A DNA stretch of 64,000 bases, taken from the NCBI GenBank assembly GCA_965199825.1, contig OZ241329.1, forward strand, positions 608,001-672,000, written 5' to 3'. Under the pieces are notes generated by a model. That model was given only the letters and a program-made list of their open reading frames with translations, was not told the origin of the DNA and searched no databases. Shown in pieces: positions 39,938 to 49,506 of this stretch. Numbering within the stretch: the stretch's first letter is position 1; the number at the start of each line of letters is the position of its first letter. The stretch comes from Bdellovibrionales bacterium (GTDB lineage Bacteria; Bdellovibrionota; Bdellovibrionia; Bdellovibrionales; UBA1609). A program made the translations under genes and the position numbers.

Positions 39938-41863
39938 ATGGCTAGAGGCGAAGACACCACGGTCACTGAATGGACCACCGAAAAAAGCGGGCATTTGTAC
40001 GGGATCAACTACTGGGGAGCAAATTACTTTAGGGTAAATCGTGCTGGAAATGTGGAGATCTCACCGGTTGGTCTTGAGGGACCAAAAATTGATCTCAAAC
40101 AACTTGTTGAAGATCTGATCGAGCGTGGAATTCGTCTGCCGATTTTGCTTCGCTTTCCTGACATTATAAAAGCCCGGATTGATCTGCTCGTAGGTTGCTT
40201 TGCCAAAGCCTGCCAAGACATGAACTACAAAGGTCAGTACTGCGGTGTGTATCCTATTAAGGTGAACCAACAGCGCCACATCGTCGAACAAATTGTCCAG
40301 TGGGGACAGCTTCATCGCTTTGGGCTCGAAGCTGGATCTAAACCAGAATTGTTGATCACCCTGGCGATGATGGACACGGCCGATGCTCTGATTGTGTGTA
40401 ATGGATTTAAAGATCCAGAATACATCGAGATGGCTTTGCTCTCACAAAAATTGGGTCGACAAACATTTATCGTTATCGATCGCATGTCTGAGCTGCAGAT
40501 GATTATCGACGCGAGCAAAAAATTAAATATTCGCCCAAAAATTGGGATGCGCGTAAAACTCAACAGCCAGGGCTCTGGCCGTTGGGCCGAGACCGCCGGC
40601 GCGCGGTCAAAGTTTGGACTGACTCCTTCAGAAATTGTTCGTAGCGTAGAGGTTTTGCGTTCAGAAGATATGCTGAATTGCTTAGAGCTTTTGCATTTTC
40701 ATATCGGCTCGCAAATTCCTTCGATTCAATCCATCAAAGGCGCAATCAAAGAAGGGGCCCGTTTTTTTACCGAGCTCTACGCCATGGGTGCAGCGCCTAA
40801 GTACATCGACGTGGGTGGTGGTCTTGGAGTGGACTATGACGGAAGCGGTCGCTCCGACAGTTCGACCAATTATTCAGAACAAGAATATGCCAATGATGTG
40901 GTCTCAAGCCTTCAAGCCATTTGCGATGAAAAGCGCATTCCACATCCCGATATTGTATCGGAGAGTGGTCGATTTTTGGTGGCTCATAGCTCGATCCTTG
41001 TGTTTGATGTTTTGGGCTGTAACGAGATGGAAAAGCGCGATTTTGTTTTGGCCAATCCCGAAAAAGAATCAAGCCTGGTGCGCGATCTTTGGGAAATCCA
41101 TCAGACTCTCAATAAGTCCAATATCAACGAATACTATAATGATCTGATTGAGAAAAAACGCGACATCCTCCAATTGTTTACCTACGGGGTTTTGAATCTA
41201 GAGCAACGGGCAAAAGCTGAAGATCTCTATTGGGCGATTGCAACCAAGATGGTGAAAATGGCAAAGGGCATGGAAGATGCCGAGACCATCGTCAACGATC
41301 TTGAAAAGGATTTGTCAGACACCTATTTTTGCAATTTTTCGGTTTTTCAAAGTCTTCCTGACTCGTGGGCACTCGAACAAGTTTTTCCTGTGATGCCAAT
41401 TCAAAGACTCAATGAAACACCTGATCGAAAAGCAATTCTTGTCGATCTCACTTGTGATTCGGATGGACACATCACAAATTTTATCGATATCGAAAATGCC
41501 CAAATTCAAAATCATTTGGCGGTGCACACCTTTCGAAAGGGCGAGCCCTACTACATGGGTGTGTTTTTGGCGGGAGCTTATCAAGAAATTTTGGGCGATC
41601 TGCACAATCTATTTGGTGATACCGACGCGGTTTATGTTTCGATCACTCCAAATGGATATTCGATCGATCATGTGGTCGAAGGAGATTCGGTCACCGATGT
41701 TTTGAGTTTTGTTGAGTACGGGAAACCTGAACTCCTCGAGCGCATGCGAAAAGCCACCGAGACCAGCATTGCCAAAGGGTCGCTCTCTGCCTCAGAAGCG
41801 CGCCTTTTGCTCAAGCACTACGAACAAGGCCTTTCGGGCTACACCTATTTATTTGAAGCTTAG
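39938..41863 (+). CDS. speA: biosynthetic arginine decarboxylase
   Basis: YPIKVNQ PLP lysine, EAGSKPEL, HFHIGSQI, DVGGGLGVDYDG, TCDSDG, HNLFG. Confidence 0.96.
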   Translation: MARGEDTTVTEWTTEKSGHLYGINYWGANYFRVNRAGNVEISPVGLEGPKIDLKQLVEDLIERGIRLPILLRFPDIIKARIDLLVGCFAKACQDMNYKGQYCGVYPIKVNQQRHIVEQIVQWGQLHRFGLEAGSKPELLITLAMMDTADALIVCNGFKDPEYIEMALLSQKLGRQTFIVIDRMSELQMIIDASKKLNIRPKIGMRVKLNSQGSGRWAETAGARSKFGLTPSEIVRSVEVLRSEDMLNCLELLHFHIGSQIPSIQSIKGAIKEGARFFTELYAMGAAPKYIDVGGGLGVDYDGSGRSDSSTNYSEQEYANDVVSSLQAICDEKRIPHPDIVSESGRFLVAHSSILVFDVLGCNEMEKRDFVLANPEKESSLVRDLWEIHQTLNKSNINEYYNDLIEKKRDILQLFTYGVLNLEQRAKAEDLYWAIATKMVKMAKGMEDAETIVNDLEKDLSDTYFCNFSVFQSLPDSWALEQVFPVMPIQRLNETPDRKAILVDLTCDSDGHITNFIDIENAQIQNHLAVHTFRKGEPYYMGVFLAGAYQEILGDLHNLFGDTDAVYVSITPNGYSIDHVVEGDSVTDVLSFVEYGKPELLERMRKATETSIAKGSLSASEARLLLKHYEQGLSGYTYLFEA

Positions 41864-41873
41864 GAGAGATTTC

Positions 41874-42842
41874 ATGGGACCCATTTCTAAATTTATTGAT
41901 CATCACTACCGACATTTCAATGCGGCGGCACTCAAAGATGCGAGTGTTGCCTACAACAAACATCTTGAGCATGGCGGCAAGATGATGATTACCCTCGCGG
42001 GCGCAATGAGCACCGCAGAACTTGGTTTGTCGCTCGCCGAGATGATTCGCCAAAACAAAGTGCATGCGATCAGCTGCACCGGCGCAAATCTCGAAGAGGA
42101 TGTGTTTAACCTTGTGGCTCATGACCACTATGTGCGCATTCCTCACTATCGCAATTTATCAAACGAAGAAGAAAACTCGCTGCTCGAGCGCCATCTGAAC
42201 CGGGTGACCGACACTTGCATTCCCGAAGAAGAAGCGATCCGCCGTATCGAAGGTGTGATCATAAAAAAATGGGTTGAAAACACCGCATCTAAAAAATCGC
42301 TTTTACCGCATCAGTATTTTTACGAAATGTTAAATGAAGGATCTTTAAAGCAGCATTATCAAATTGATCCCAAAAATTCTTGGCTCATTGCCGCTGCCGA
42401 AAAAAATCTGCCCATCATCGTTCCAGGCTGGGAAGATTCCACTCTTGGAAATATTTTTGCCGGCCGTGTGATCGAAGGTAAGGTGGATCGTTCGGTGATG
42501 CGCACCGGAATCGACTACATGATTGAGTTGTCGCAGTGGTATCAATCCGAATGCACCAATCCCGCTGGAATCGGATTTTTTCAAATCGGTGGAGGGATCG
42601 CCGGAGATTTCCCCATTTGTGTGGTGCCAATGCTTGAACAGGATCTTCTTAAAAAAATTCCGAAGTGGGCGTACTTTTGCCAAATTTCGGATTCAACAAC
42701 CAGCTACGGTTCGTATTCCGGCGCCGTTCCCAACGAAAAAATCAGTTGGGGTAAACTTGAAATCAAATCGCCAAAGTTTATTGTCGAATCGGATGCATCG
42801 ATTGTGGCGCCATTGATGTTTAGTTACATCTTAGGCTGGTAA
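41874..42842 (+). CDS. deoxyhypusine synthase-like protein (probable homospermidine/polyamine synthesis)
   Basis: TLAGAMST, TGANLEEDVF, IGGG, GSYSGA.PNEKISWGK, ESDASIVAP; AGGAG RBS before ATG 41874. Confidence 0.9.
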   Translation: MGPISKFIDHHYRHFNAAALKDASVAYNKHLEHGGKMMITLAGAMSTAELGLSLAEMIRQNKVHAISCTGANLEEDVFNLVAHDHYVRIPHYRNLSNEEENSLLERHLNRVTDTCIPEEEAIRRIEGVIIKKWVENTASKKSLLPHQYFYEMLNEGSLKQHYQIDPKNSWLIAAAEKNLPIIVPGWEDSTLGNIFAGRVIEGKVDRSVMRTGIDYMIELSQWYQSECTNPAGIGFFQIGGGIAGDFPICVVPMLEQDLLKKIPKWAYFCQISDSTTSYGSYSGAVPNEKISWGKLEIKSPKFIVESDASIVAPLMFSYILGW

Positions 42843-42851
42843 TCGCCAGTC

Positions 42852-43238
42852 TTAGTGGGTCACAAGAAGGTCGTCGATATTCATATTCAAGTCCGCACCC
42901 TGACATTGAGTTAGGGTCACATGGGCTTGATTTTCTTTCATACCCACACGTTGACGAAGTGATCCCTCACAGACCACCTTTTTTCGGCGTACCGAAAATT
43001 CAACCGAATACCAACGAATCACATCGGTATTGTGGCTAAATCGAAAGGCATCATAGTTCGATTTTATTGGTGTCGATTTATTTTTTTCGGCCGCTTCGGC
43101 ACGGTGACTCGGGGTTTCGGGCTCTACCTTAAGATGCGAAAAAGTTTGGCGGTCGCGAGCCAGTGCGGTGGCAAAAAAATCTTTGGGCTCAGAGGCAAAC
43201 GCATAAAACATCAATAAATAAATCATGCGTAAGTGCAT
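42852..43238 (-). CDS. hypothetical protein
   Basis: 128-aa ORF with hydrophobic N-terminus filling the gap after the ABC permease. Confidence 0.55.
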   Translation of the reverse strand: MHLRMIYLLMFYAFASEPKDFFATALARDRQTFSHLKVEPETPSHRAEAAEKNKSTPIKSNYDAFRFSHNTDVIRWYSVEFSVRRKKVVCEGSLRQRVGMKENQAHVTLTQCQGADLNMNIDDLLVTH

Positions 43239-43257
43239 AACATATTTTGATCAAAAA

Positions 43258-44265
43258 TTAAATCTTTCGCGGATCAAAAGCGTCGCGCACACCCTCGCCG
43301 ATCAGATTCAGTGCGGTCAGGGTTAACACCATAGCGGCCGATGGATAGACCGCAAGCCACCAGGCAATAGTAAAGTAATTTTGGGCTTGTTGAAGCATCT
43401 CTCCCCAACTGGGTGTGGGCGGAGGTAAACCAAACCCGAGGTAATCCAAGGCCGCAAGAGAGTAGATTCCTCCCGCGATCGTAAAGGGTGCAAATGTCAA
43501 AAGGGGGCTTAAAGCATTGGGTAAAATATGGCGAAAGATCACTCTAAAGGTTGAGAAGCCCTGCACCTTTGCGGCTTCGACAAATTCTCTTTTGCGCAGC
43601 CTTAAAAATTCGGCTCGCATATAAACAGAAATCATCATCCACCCAAATACCGAAGAAAACGTCACGAGCAATAACAGATTGGCCCCAAAGATCGAGACCA
43701 GAGTGATCAACAACAAAAAGATGGGCATCGAATCAAAAATTTCGACTATGCGCTGTCCGATCAGATCGACACGGCCACCCATGTAGCCCATGATGCCGCC
43801 AAGAAGTGCACCTAAAAGTGTAGTGAAAATCCAGACCAATAAAGCAAAACCAATGCTATATCGAAATCCATAAATCAAACGCGAGAACACATCTCGCCCC
43901 CGATCGTCTGTACCTAAGAGATTTTGTGCGGTGGGTGGTCCGGGATAATTTGCGATTGTGGCATTGGTCTCGTAGGGATCCCATGGAATCAGAGGCCAAA
44001 TGGCCATATCATTTTCGCCGAGTTTAAGATCACGATAATTTGTGATGTAGCCTTCTGAAATTGCAAAGCGAGTGGGATGATAATCTTTTAAAACGGGCAC
44101 AAATATTTCGCCGTGATATTTTAAAAATAATGGTTTTGAGTTTGCCCAAAATTCGGCGGTTAAACTTAAAATTAAAACAAAACACATCAAACCCAATGAG
44201 ATCGATGAGCGTTTGAGCTTTAAAAATCTTCGCAGTCGTTTGCGAGTTTGCTCATTTCGAATCAT
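43258..44265 (-). CDS. peptide ABC transporter permease (YejE/OppC-like)
   Basis: LGTDDRGRDV, EFVEAA, RHILPN, PSWG, GEGVRDAFDPR. Confidence 0.94.
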   Translation of the reverse strand: MIRNEQTRKRLRRFLKLKRSSISLGLMCFVLILSLTAEFWANSKPLFLKYHGEIFVPVLKDYHPTRFAISEGYITNYRDLKLGENDMAIWPLIPWDPYETNATIANYPGPPTAQNLLGTDDRGRDVFSRLIYGFRYSIGFALLVWIFTTLLGALLGGIMGYMGGRVDLIGQRIVEIFDSMPIFLLLITLVSIFGANLLLLVTFSSVFGWMMISVYMRAEFLRLRKREFVEAAKVQGFSTFRVIFRHILPNALSPLLTFAPFTIAGGIYSLAALDYLGFGLPPPTPSWGEMLQQAQNYFTIAWWLAVYPSAAMVLTLTALNLIGEGVRDAFDPRKI

Positions 44266-45266
44266 GAAAAATCGATCCGTGGGTCAATCAATACGTAACT
44301 GACATCACTCAATAATCTTCCAACCGCCAAGAGCATGCCCTCAATAAAAATAAGAGCCATCAAAACATTGTAATCCCGCGACAAGGCCGACTCGTAACCC
44401 AAAAGCCCCATCCCTCTCAGACTAAAAATCTGCTCAATGATCACACTGCCCGCAAAAAATACCGAAAGAAAACTTGAAAAGCCGGTGGCAATTGGAATCA
44501 GCGCATTTCGTAAAGCGTGTTTATAAATGACCGCATTTTCGCTTAAGCCTTTGGCTCGAGCGGTGCGAACGTAATCGAGCCGAATCTCTTCGAGCAAAGA
44601 GTTTTTCATCAAAAAAGAAAGCACCGTAAAATTGCCGATCACATAACAAATCAAAGGTAAAATAAAATGCTCAACACGGTCGGAGACCTTTTCAAAAAAA
44701 CTAAATGTAGAATATTGATCCGAGTAAATTTCACCCAAAGGAAACCAATCCAAAAATGCGCCGCCCGCAAAATAGATTCTTAAAATAATTCCTAAAACTA
44801 ATGGCGGGACCGAATAAAGGATCATCAAAAAAACCGAGGTGACCACATCAAATCGTGACCCGTCACGCACCGCTTTTGCGATTCCGAGCGGAATACAAAT
44901 CAAGTAGGTCAAAATAAATGAGACCACACCAAACTGAAGCGAAATTGGAAAGCGATCGGCAATCACTTCACTCACGGGGCGCTGGTATTTAAAGCTATTG
45001 CCAAAATCGAGCAGCACAATATTTTTGAGCCAAATTCCGTAGCGGGTCAAAAGTGGTTTATCAAAACCATATTGTTTTTTTAACGATTGAATGACTTCTT
45101 CCGAAACCCCTTGGGTTGCGGCGGTCCCTGTGCCAAAGCGGATGGCTCTGATTTTTTCTTCAATCGGACCACCGGGGGCCAGATTGATAATCACAAAGGA
45201 GATCAAGGTGATTCCAAAGATCGTCGGCAGGATCGACAGCAAGCGCTTTGCGATATAGATGATCAC
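44262..45266 (-). CDS. peptide ABC transporter permease (YejB/OppB-like)
   Basis: APGGP, YVRTARAKGL, HALRNALIP, DPRI. Confidence 0.94.
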   Translation of the reverse strand: MIIYIAKRLLSILPTIFGITLISFVIINLAPGGPIEEKIRAIRFGTGTAATQGVSEEVIQSLKKQYGFDKPLLTRYGIWLKNIVLLDFGNSFKYQRPVSEVIADRFPISLQFGVVSFILTYLICIPLGIAKAVRDGSRFDVVTSVFLMILYSVPPLVLGIILRIYFAGGAFLDWFPLGEIYSDQYSTFSFFEKVSDRVEHFILPLICYVIGNFTVLSFLMKNSLLEEIRLDYVRTARAKGLSENAVIYKHALRNALIPIATGFSSFLSVFFAGSVIIEQIFSLRGMGLLGYESALSRDYNVLMALIFIEGMLLAVGRLLSDVSYVLIDPRIDFS

Positions 45267-46873
45267 GGTTCAAGTTGCCAAAGTTCTTGCCCTATGGAGT
45301 ATTTGCGGGTGGGTTGCTTCATTCTCACTCGCGAGGTGTGGGCATACAAATGGAAGCGATCATTAAACATAAATGCATAAGGTTGATCTTCGGCGATCAT
45401 GCGATAAACTTTTTGGAGTAATCCAATTCGTTTTTGTCGATCCATTTCGCTTCGGCCTTGATCAATCAGTTTGTCGACCTCAGGATTTTTATAATTCACG
45501 AAATTTGAACCACCGGGACGTGCGGATGTGGAATGCCAAATCTGCATGGGATCATAATCCACCGAACCGCCGGACCACTTGAGCGAAACCGCATCAAATT
45601 TTCTCTCGTCTAGTGATTTAACAAAAGAATTCCATTCCAAAATTTTAAGATCCATCACGATCCCCGCTTTTTTAAGATCTTCCTTATAAAGCGTAAAATA
45701 TTTTTCGACTTCGCGATTGGCAAATAGCAATGTGAAATGAAATTCCATTCGCTTTCCATCGATTACTTTCTCGAGCACGCCATTTTTGTCGGAGTCTTTA
45801 AATCCAGCTTCGGCTAAAAGTTTTTGGGCTTTTTCTGGATCAAACAAAACAGGTTCGACCTTTGGATCAGCATAAGGATTTTGTTGATACCACGGGCCTG
45901 TTGCTAAAAGACTCATATTGTAGCGAAATTTTTGATTCATCATTGTCCGATTCATCAAAAGGGCTAGCGCCATCCGAACTTTTTTATCCTTGAATAAGGG
46001 ATGCTGAAGATTCCATCCGACAAAGCTGGTTTCGACAGGCGTGAGATTTTCGACTTTTTGTTTAAGAACAGTTTTACCCCAAGGGTCACCTTCGGTTTTT
46101 GCCATATACGCTTCAGAAGTGAGATTTACAAAATCGAGCTCACCTTTTTTGATCATTTCAAGCCGAAGATTTTCCTCATTCACAAAGCGGTAATAAAGTT
46201 TTGGAATTTTAAAATAATCTTTTTGCGACTCGGTCTTTGATCCGTACCAATTGGGATTGCGCTCAAGCAAAATGTTTTTGCCTCTGTTGTATTCAACCAG
46301 TTTGTAGGGGCCTGTGCCGATGACGGTATCAAAAACCTTATCTGGATTATCATAAAAATGTTTAGGCAAGATCGGCATAAATCCGCCCGACCCTACCACT
46401 GACAAATTATTAAAAATCTTTTTTCGGGTTTTAAATTGAACGGTTTGGGGATCGATGATCGTACAGCCTTCAAAATTTTCGTAATACGGCCGACGATGAG
46501 CCGCTTTAAATCTTTCGTCGCGAATCACATCAAAACTAAACTTCACATCTTCGGCTGTTAACGGAGTGCCGTCGTGAAATTGTACTCCTGGCCGCAAATG
46601 AAATGTAAATGTAAGGCCATCGGGCGAGACCTCCCATTTTTCGGCAAGGCCCGGCTCAAATTCATAGGTTTCGGGATTTACCGTAAGTAAACCATCCACA
46701 ACCGATCCTTCGATTTCGGAAAAATAACCGTCTTCAGATGTGATGGGATTAAAAGTTGAAGGCTCGTTGGCTAAGACATCAAAGTAGGTGTCTTTGGGAA
46801 TTGTGGTCTTATGCTTCGTGCATGAAATAAAAAATAAGAAAGTTGCTGTTGCAACGATGGCGAGTTTTCGCAT
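45263..46873 (-). CDS. peptide ABC transporter substrate-binding lipoprotein (family 5)
   Basis: Lipobox FISC, LAEKWEVS, FHDGTPLTAEDVKFS, GTGPY. Confidence 0.94.
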   Translation of the reverse strand: MRKLAIVATATFLFFISCTKHKTTIPKDTYFDVLANEPSTFNPITSEDGYFSEIEGSVVDGLLTVNPETYEFEPGLAEKWEVSPDGLTFTFHLRPGVQFHDGTPLTAEDVKFSFDVIRDERFKAAHRRPYYENFEGCTIIDPQTVQFKTRKKIFNNLSVVGSGGFMPILPKHFYDNPDKVFDTVIGTGPYKLVEYNRGKNILLERNPNWYGSKTESQKDYFKIPKLYYRFVNEENLRLEMIKKGELDFVNLTSEAYMAKTEGDPWGKTVLKQKVENLTPVETSFVGWNLQHPLFKDKKVRMALALLMNRTMMNQKFRYNMSLLATGPWYQQNPYADPKVEPVLFDPEKAQKLLAEAGFKDSDKNGVLEKVIDGKRMEFHFTLLFANREVEKYFTLYKEDLKKAGIVMDLKILEWNSFVKSLDERKFDAVSLKWSGGSVDYDPMQIWHSTSARPGGSNFVNYKNPEVDKLIDQGRSEMDRQKRIGLLQKVYRMIAEDQPYAFMFNDRFHLYAHTSRVRMKQPTRKYSIGQELWQLEP

Positions 46874-46874
46874 C

Positions 46875-46919
46875 CTGCTCCTCCATTTACATTTGTTTCA
46901 CTGTAATCAAGAGGAGCAG
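46875..46919 (-). promoter_or_regulatory. hairpin occluding the RBS of the substrate-binding protein gene
   Basis: Minus strand CTGCTCCTC...GAGGAGCAG perfect 9-bp stem with inner TTACA/TGTAA stem; the 3' arm is the SD. Confidence 0.55.
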
Positions 46920-46933
46920 ATTTGCAACGAGGT

Positions 46934-47308
46934 TTAGCGAGCGTAACGTCTTTTTAAAGACTCACGAATCTCAGCACCTTCGATGCTTAGGCGGGTCCAA
47001 GGAATCGCCATTAAACGATCAGCTTCGATGGGCTCTTCGGTTTCTTCGCAAATTCCGAATGCGCCTGTTTCGATACGACCAAGTGCATGTTCAACTTCGA
47101 GGAGCTGTTTGCGTAGACGTTCGTGCATCGAGAGAAATTCACTCTCTTGCAAAGCGCGCGAAGTTTGATCTCCTTCGTCTCCACCTTTGCTGTCTTCACC
47201 GTTGTAAAGATCGTGTCGTGATTCGCGAACCCGATTTAAAATATCGGATTTGGCTTCGATCAATTTGCGGCGGCACTTTTCTACGAGATCCTTGGATAAG
47301 CTGTTCAT
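46934..47308 (-). CDS. dksA: DksA/TraR family transcription factor
   Basis: DEGD coiled-coil tip, GICEETEEPI..RL.AIPWTRLSIE (one-Cys variant). Confidence 0.88.
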   Translation of the reverse strand: MNSLSKDLVEKCRRKLIEAKSDILNRVRESRHDLYNGEDSKGGDEGDQTSRALQESEFLSMHERLRKQLLEVEHALGRIETGAFGICEETEEPIEADRLMAIPWTRLSIEGAEIRESLKRRYAR

Positions 47309-47538
47309 ACAGGTTTCCCCCTTAAGTTCTACAAGTTGTAGGTCCCATTCTGGCGCCGTGCAATTAATTTAACAGTGCCAGCCTGGAACTGAATTATTTA
47401 CTCGATCTTTCGACCCATTCGGCAAGAAGAATTTGCAGGACCCCCACAGATTGCTTCTCCCTGAATTGGTACACGAGAATAGGTGATTCGAGAAAAATTG
47501 CCAAAATAATAATATAAAAAAGACAAAAATCATGACTT

Positions 47539-47557
47539 AAGTCTCATAATGAGACTT
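47539..47557 (-). terminator. hairpin after SH3 gene, followed by T-rich tract
   Basis: AAGTCTCAT-A-ATGAGACTT perfect inverted repeat. Confidence 0.5.
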
Positions 47558-47566
47558 TTATTGAAT

Positions 47567-48016
47567 TTAGAAGCTGATATTCTGCATTGTGGTCGGCCGC
47601 CAGATATTGCTCTCATGCACCCATCCCTTGGCACCCTGAGAATCTTCGACCTGATACCACTCTTCTTCATTTTCGAGGCGCTTAAAGCCCGTGTAACGGT
47701 CTGCCACGGGGCGATCCACCAATGGGAACTGCTTTCCTGCGCCTGTACGCACATTGGTGGTCGAGGTACGAATCGAGAGGCAGCGAATTTCTGATGACAC
47801 CGCTTGTGCCTGTATCCAATGAATTTCGCCATCCATATCCTGGACTTTGTACCAGCCCGATTTTTTGTCGAGCTTTAAGAGGGGGGTGTATTTTCCAACC
47901 GTCCAAGTCACCGCGGCCGAAGATTTAGGTTCGGCCCGCAAAACTGCCGACGCCGCTTTTACGCAGAGAGATTGTGAAAAGGCCATCGAGACAAAAAGAT
48001 TGAGAATAAAGATCAT
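47567..48016 (-). CDS. secreted tandem bacterial SH3-domain protein
   Basis: Signal peptide; LRAEP..GWYKV.D.DG..HWI and NVRTG..WYQVED..GWV repeats. Confidence 0.85.
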   Translation of the reverse strand: MIFILNLFVSMAFSQSLCVKAASAVLRAEPKSSAAVTWTVGKYTPLLKLDKKSGWYKVQDMDGEIHWIQAQAVSSEIRCLSIRTSTTNVRTGAGKQFPLVDRPVADRYTGFKRLENEEEWYQVEDSQGAKGWVHESNIWRPTTMQNISF

Positions 48017-48100
48017 TTTTGAATGATGAAACTAAGAAGGTAAATGCGTCAACCCGTGCACAATCAAACCTCGGCATTCCGTTTGCTGTGAACACCCTCC

Positions 48101-49126
48101 ATGACCACAGAAAATATCGCCTTTGCTAAAGAAGCTGGACTTAAATATGTGCGTGACTCTGATCCGGGATACACCCGCAAACGTCGGGGTAAGGGCTTTA
48201 TTTATTTTGATCACAAAAAATTAAGGATCAAAGACAAAGAACTTTTGCTGCGAATCAGTAAGCTTGTGATTCCGCCTGCGTGGCAAGATGTATGGATTTG
48301 CACTCACGAAGATGGTCATCTTCAATGCACCGGTCGCGACGCGCGTGAGCGAAAACAATATCGCTATCATTCGACGTGGTCGCAAAAAAGAAATGAAGAC
48401 AAGTTTTATAATCTTGAGTTGTTTGGCTCAAAGCTTCCGCGCATTCGCGATCAACTCAAAGCCGATTTAAAACGGGACACATTTTCACGTCAGTGCGTTC
48501 TTGCGACGGTCGTCTCGATTATGGAGCGCACTCACATTCGTATCGGCAACGATCGCTACGCCGAAGAAAATAAATCCTATGGTCTCACCACAATCTTAAA
48601 CAAACATGCCGAAGTCCATGGCAGCAAAATCGAATTTAAATTTCGGGGTAAGAGCGGCGTTTGGCGCGAAGCCAAACTCTCAGACCGACGGCTCAGTCAT
48701 ATTGTGCGAAGTTGCCAGGAACTTCCAGGACAAGAATTATTCGCTTATCTTGAAAATGAAGTGGTCCACGATGTGGGTTCGCACGATGTGAATAATTATC
48801 TTCGTGAGATTACTGAGGCCGATATCACCGCCAAAGATTTTCGAACTTGGGCTGGCACCGTGACCGCGCTTGAAGTTTTGCACAAGATTGGCCCCTTAAA
48901 AAAGGAAACAAAGACCGCCAGAAAATCTCGTGAAGCCGAGGTCATTAAGCTCTGCGCTCAAGAACTGGGCAACACCCCAGCCGTCTGCAAAAAATATTAT
49001 GTGTATCCAAAGGTTTTTGAAGCCGATCGCAATAACGAAATTAAAAAGTTATTTCAGAAAGCCAAAAAATCACAACGAGCGGGTTTGACCATTCCTGAAA
49101 AAGCCCTACTCCAATTGTTGCGTTGA
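48101..49126 (+). CDS. bacterial DNA topoisomerase IB
   Basis: IPPAW.DVWI, GRDARERKQYRY, RIGN, FRGKSG, AKDFRTW, LGNTPAVCKKYY. Confidence 0.94.
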   Translation: MTTENIAFAKEAGLKYVRDSDPGYTRKRRGKGFIYFDHKKLRIKDKELLLRISKLVIPPAWQDVWICTHEDGHLQCTGRDARERKQYRYHSTWSQKRNEDKFYNLELFGSKLPRIRDQLKADLKRDTFSRQCVLATVVSIMERTHIRIGNDRYAEENKSYGLTTILNKHAEVHGSKIEFKFRGKSGVWREAKLSDRRLSHIVRSCQELPGQELFAYLENEVVHDVGSHDVNNYLREITEADITAKDFRTWAGTVTALEVLHKIGPLKKETKTARKSREAEVIKLCAQELGNTPAVCKKYYVYPKVFEADRNNEIKKLFQKAKKSQRAGLTIPEKALLQLLR

Positions 49127-49504
49127 GCCTGTGACGTCACGAGGCGGAGGTTGAGTGGGAAAGCCATTCACAACTGTAAATCGACCGCGAAACTTTTGTT
49201 TTAAAGATTTTATAATTAAATCTCGAGTCAACGGGATCAAAAGCAAAACGGCAAGACAGCTCGAAAAAAATCCTGGAACAATCATCAAGATCGCAGCCCC
49301 AATCCGCGTGGCTGTGGTGAGCAATGTGACTGGTACCGATTGATGACGCGCAAGATCCATCACGGTTCGAAAACCTTGTGTCTGGAGAAAAATAATTCCC
49401 ACAAATGCGATAATGAAATAGGCCGCAATAGCGCGCAAAAATCCGAAGGCCTCGACCACCACATACCAACTTAAAATTTCGGCAAACAAAAAACCAAAAA
49501 TCAT
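49106..49504 (-). CDS. fxsA: FxsA family membrane protein
   Basis: AEI, QG, LMIVPGFFS...LLIPLTR pattern. Confidence 0.75.
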   Translation of the reverse strand: MIFGFLFAEILSWYVVVEAFGFLRAIAAYFIIAFVGIIFLQTQGFRTVMDLARHQSVPVTLLTTATRIGAAILMIVPGFFSSCLAVLLLIPLTRDLIIKSLKQKFRGRFTVVNGFPTQPPPRDVTGSTQQLE

Positions 49505-49506
49505 AT

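Noticed and set aside
47360..47380. TGGCAC...TTGC upstream of dksA as a sigma54 promoter
   Set aside because: Spacing is 6 nt too long for a -24/-12 element.
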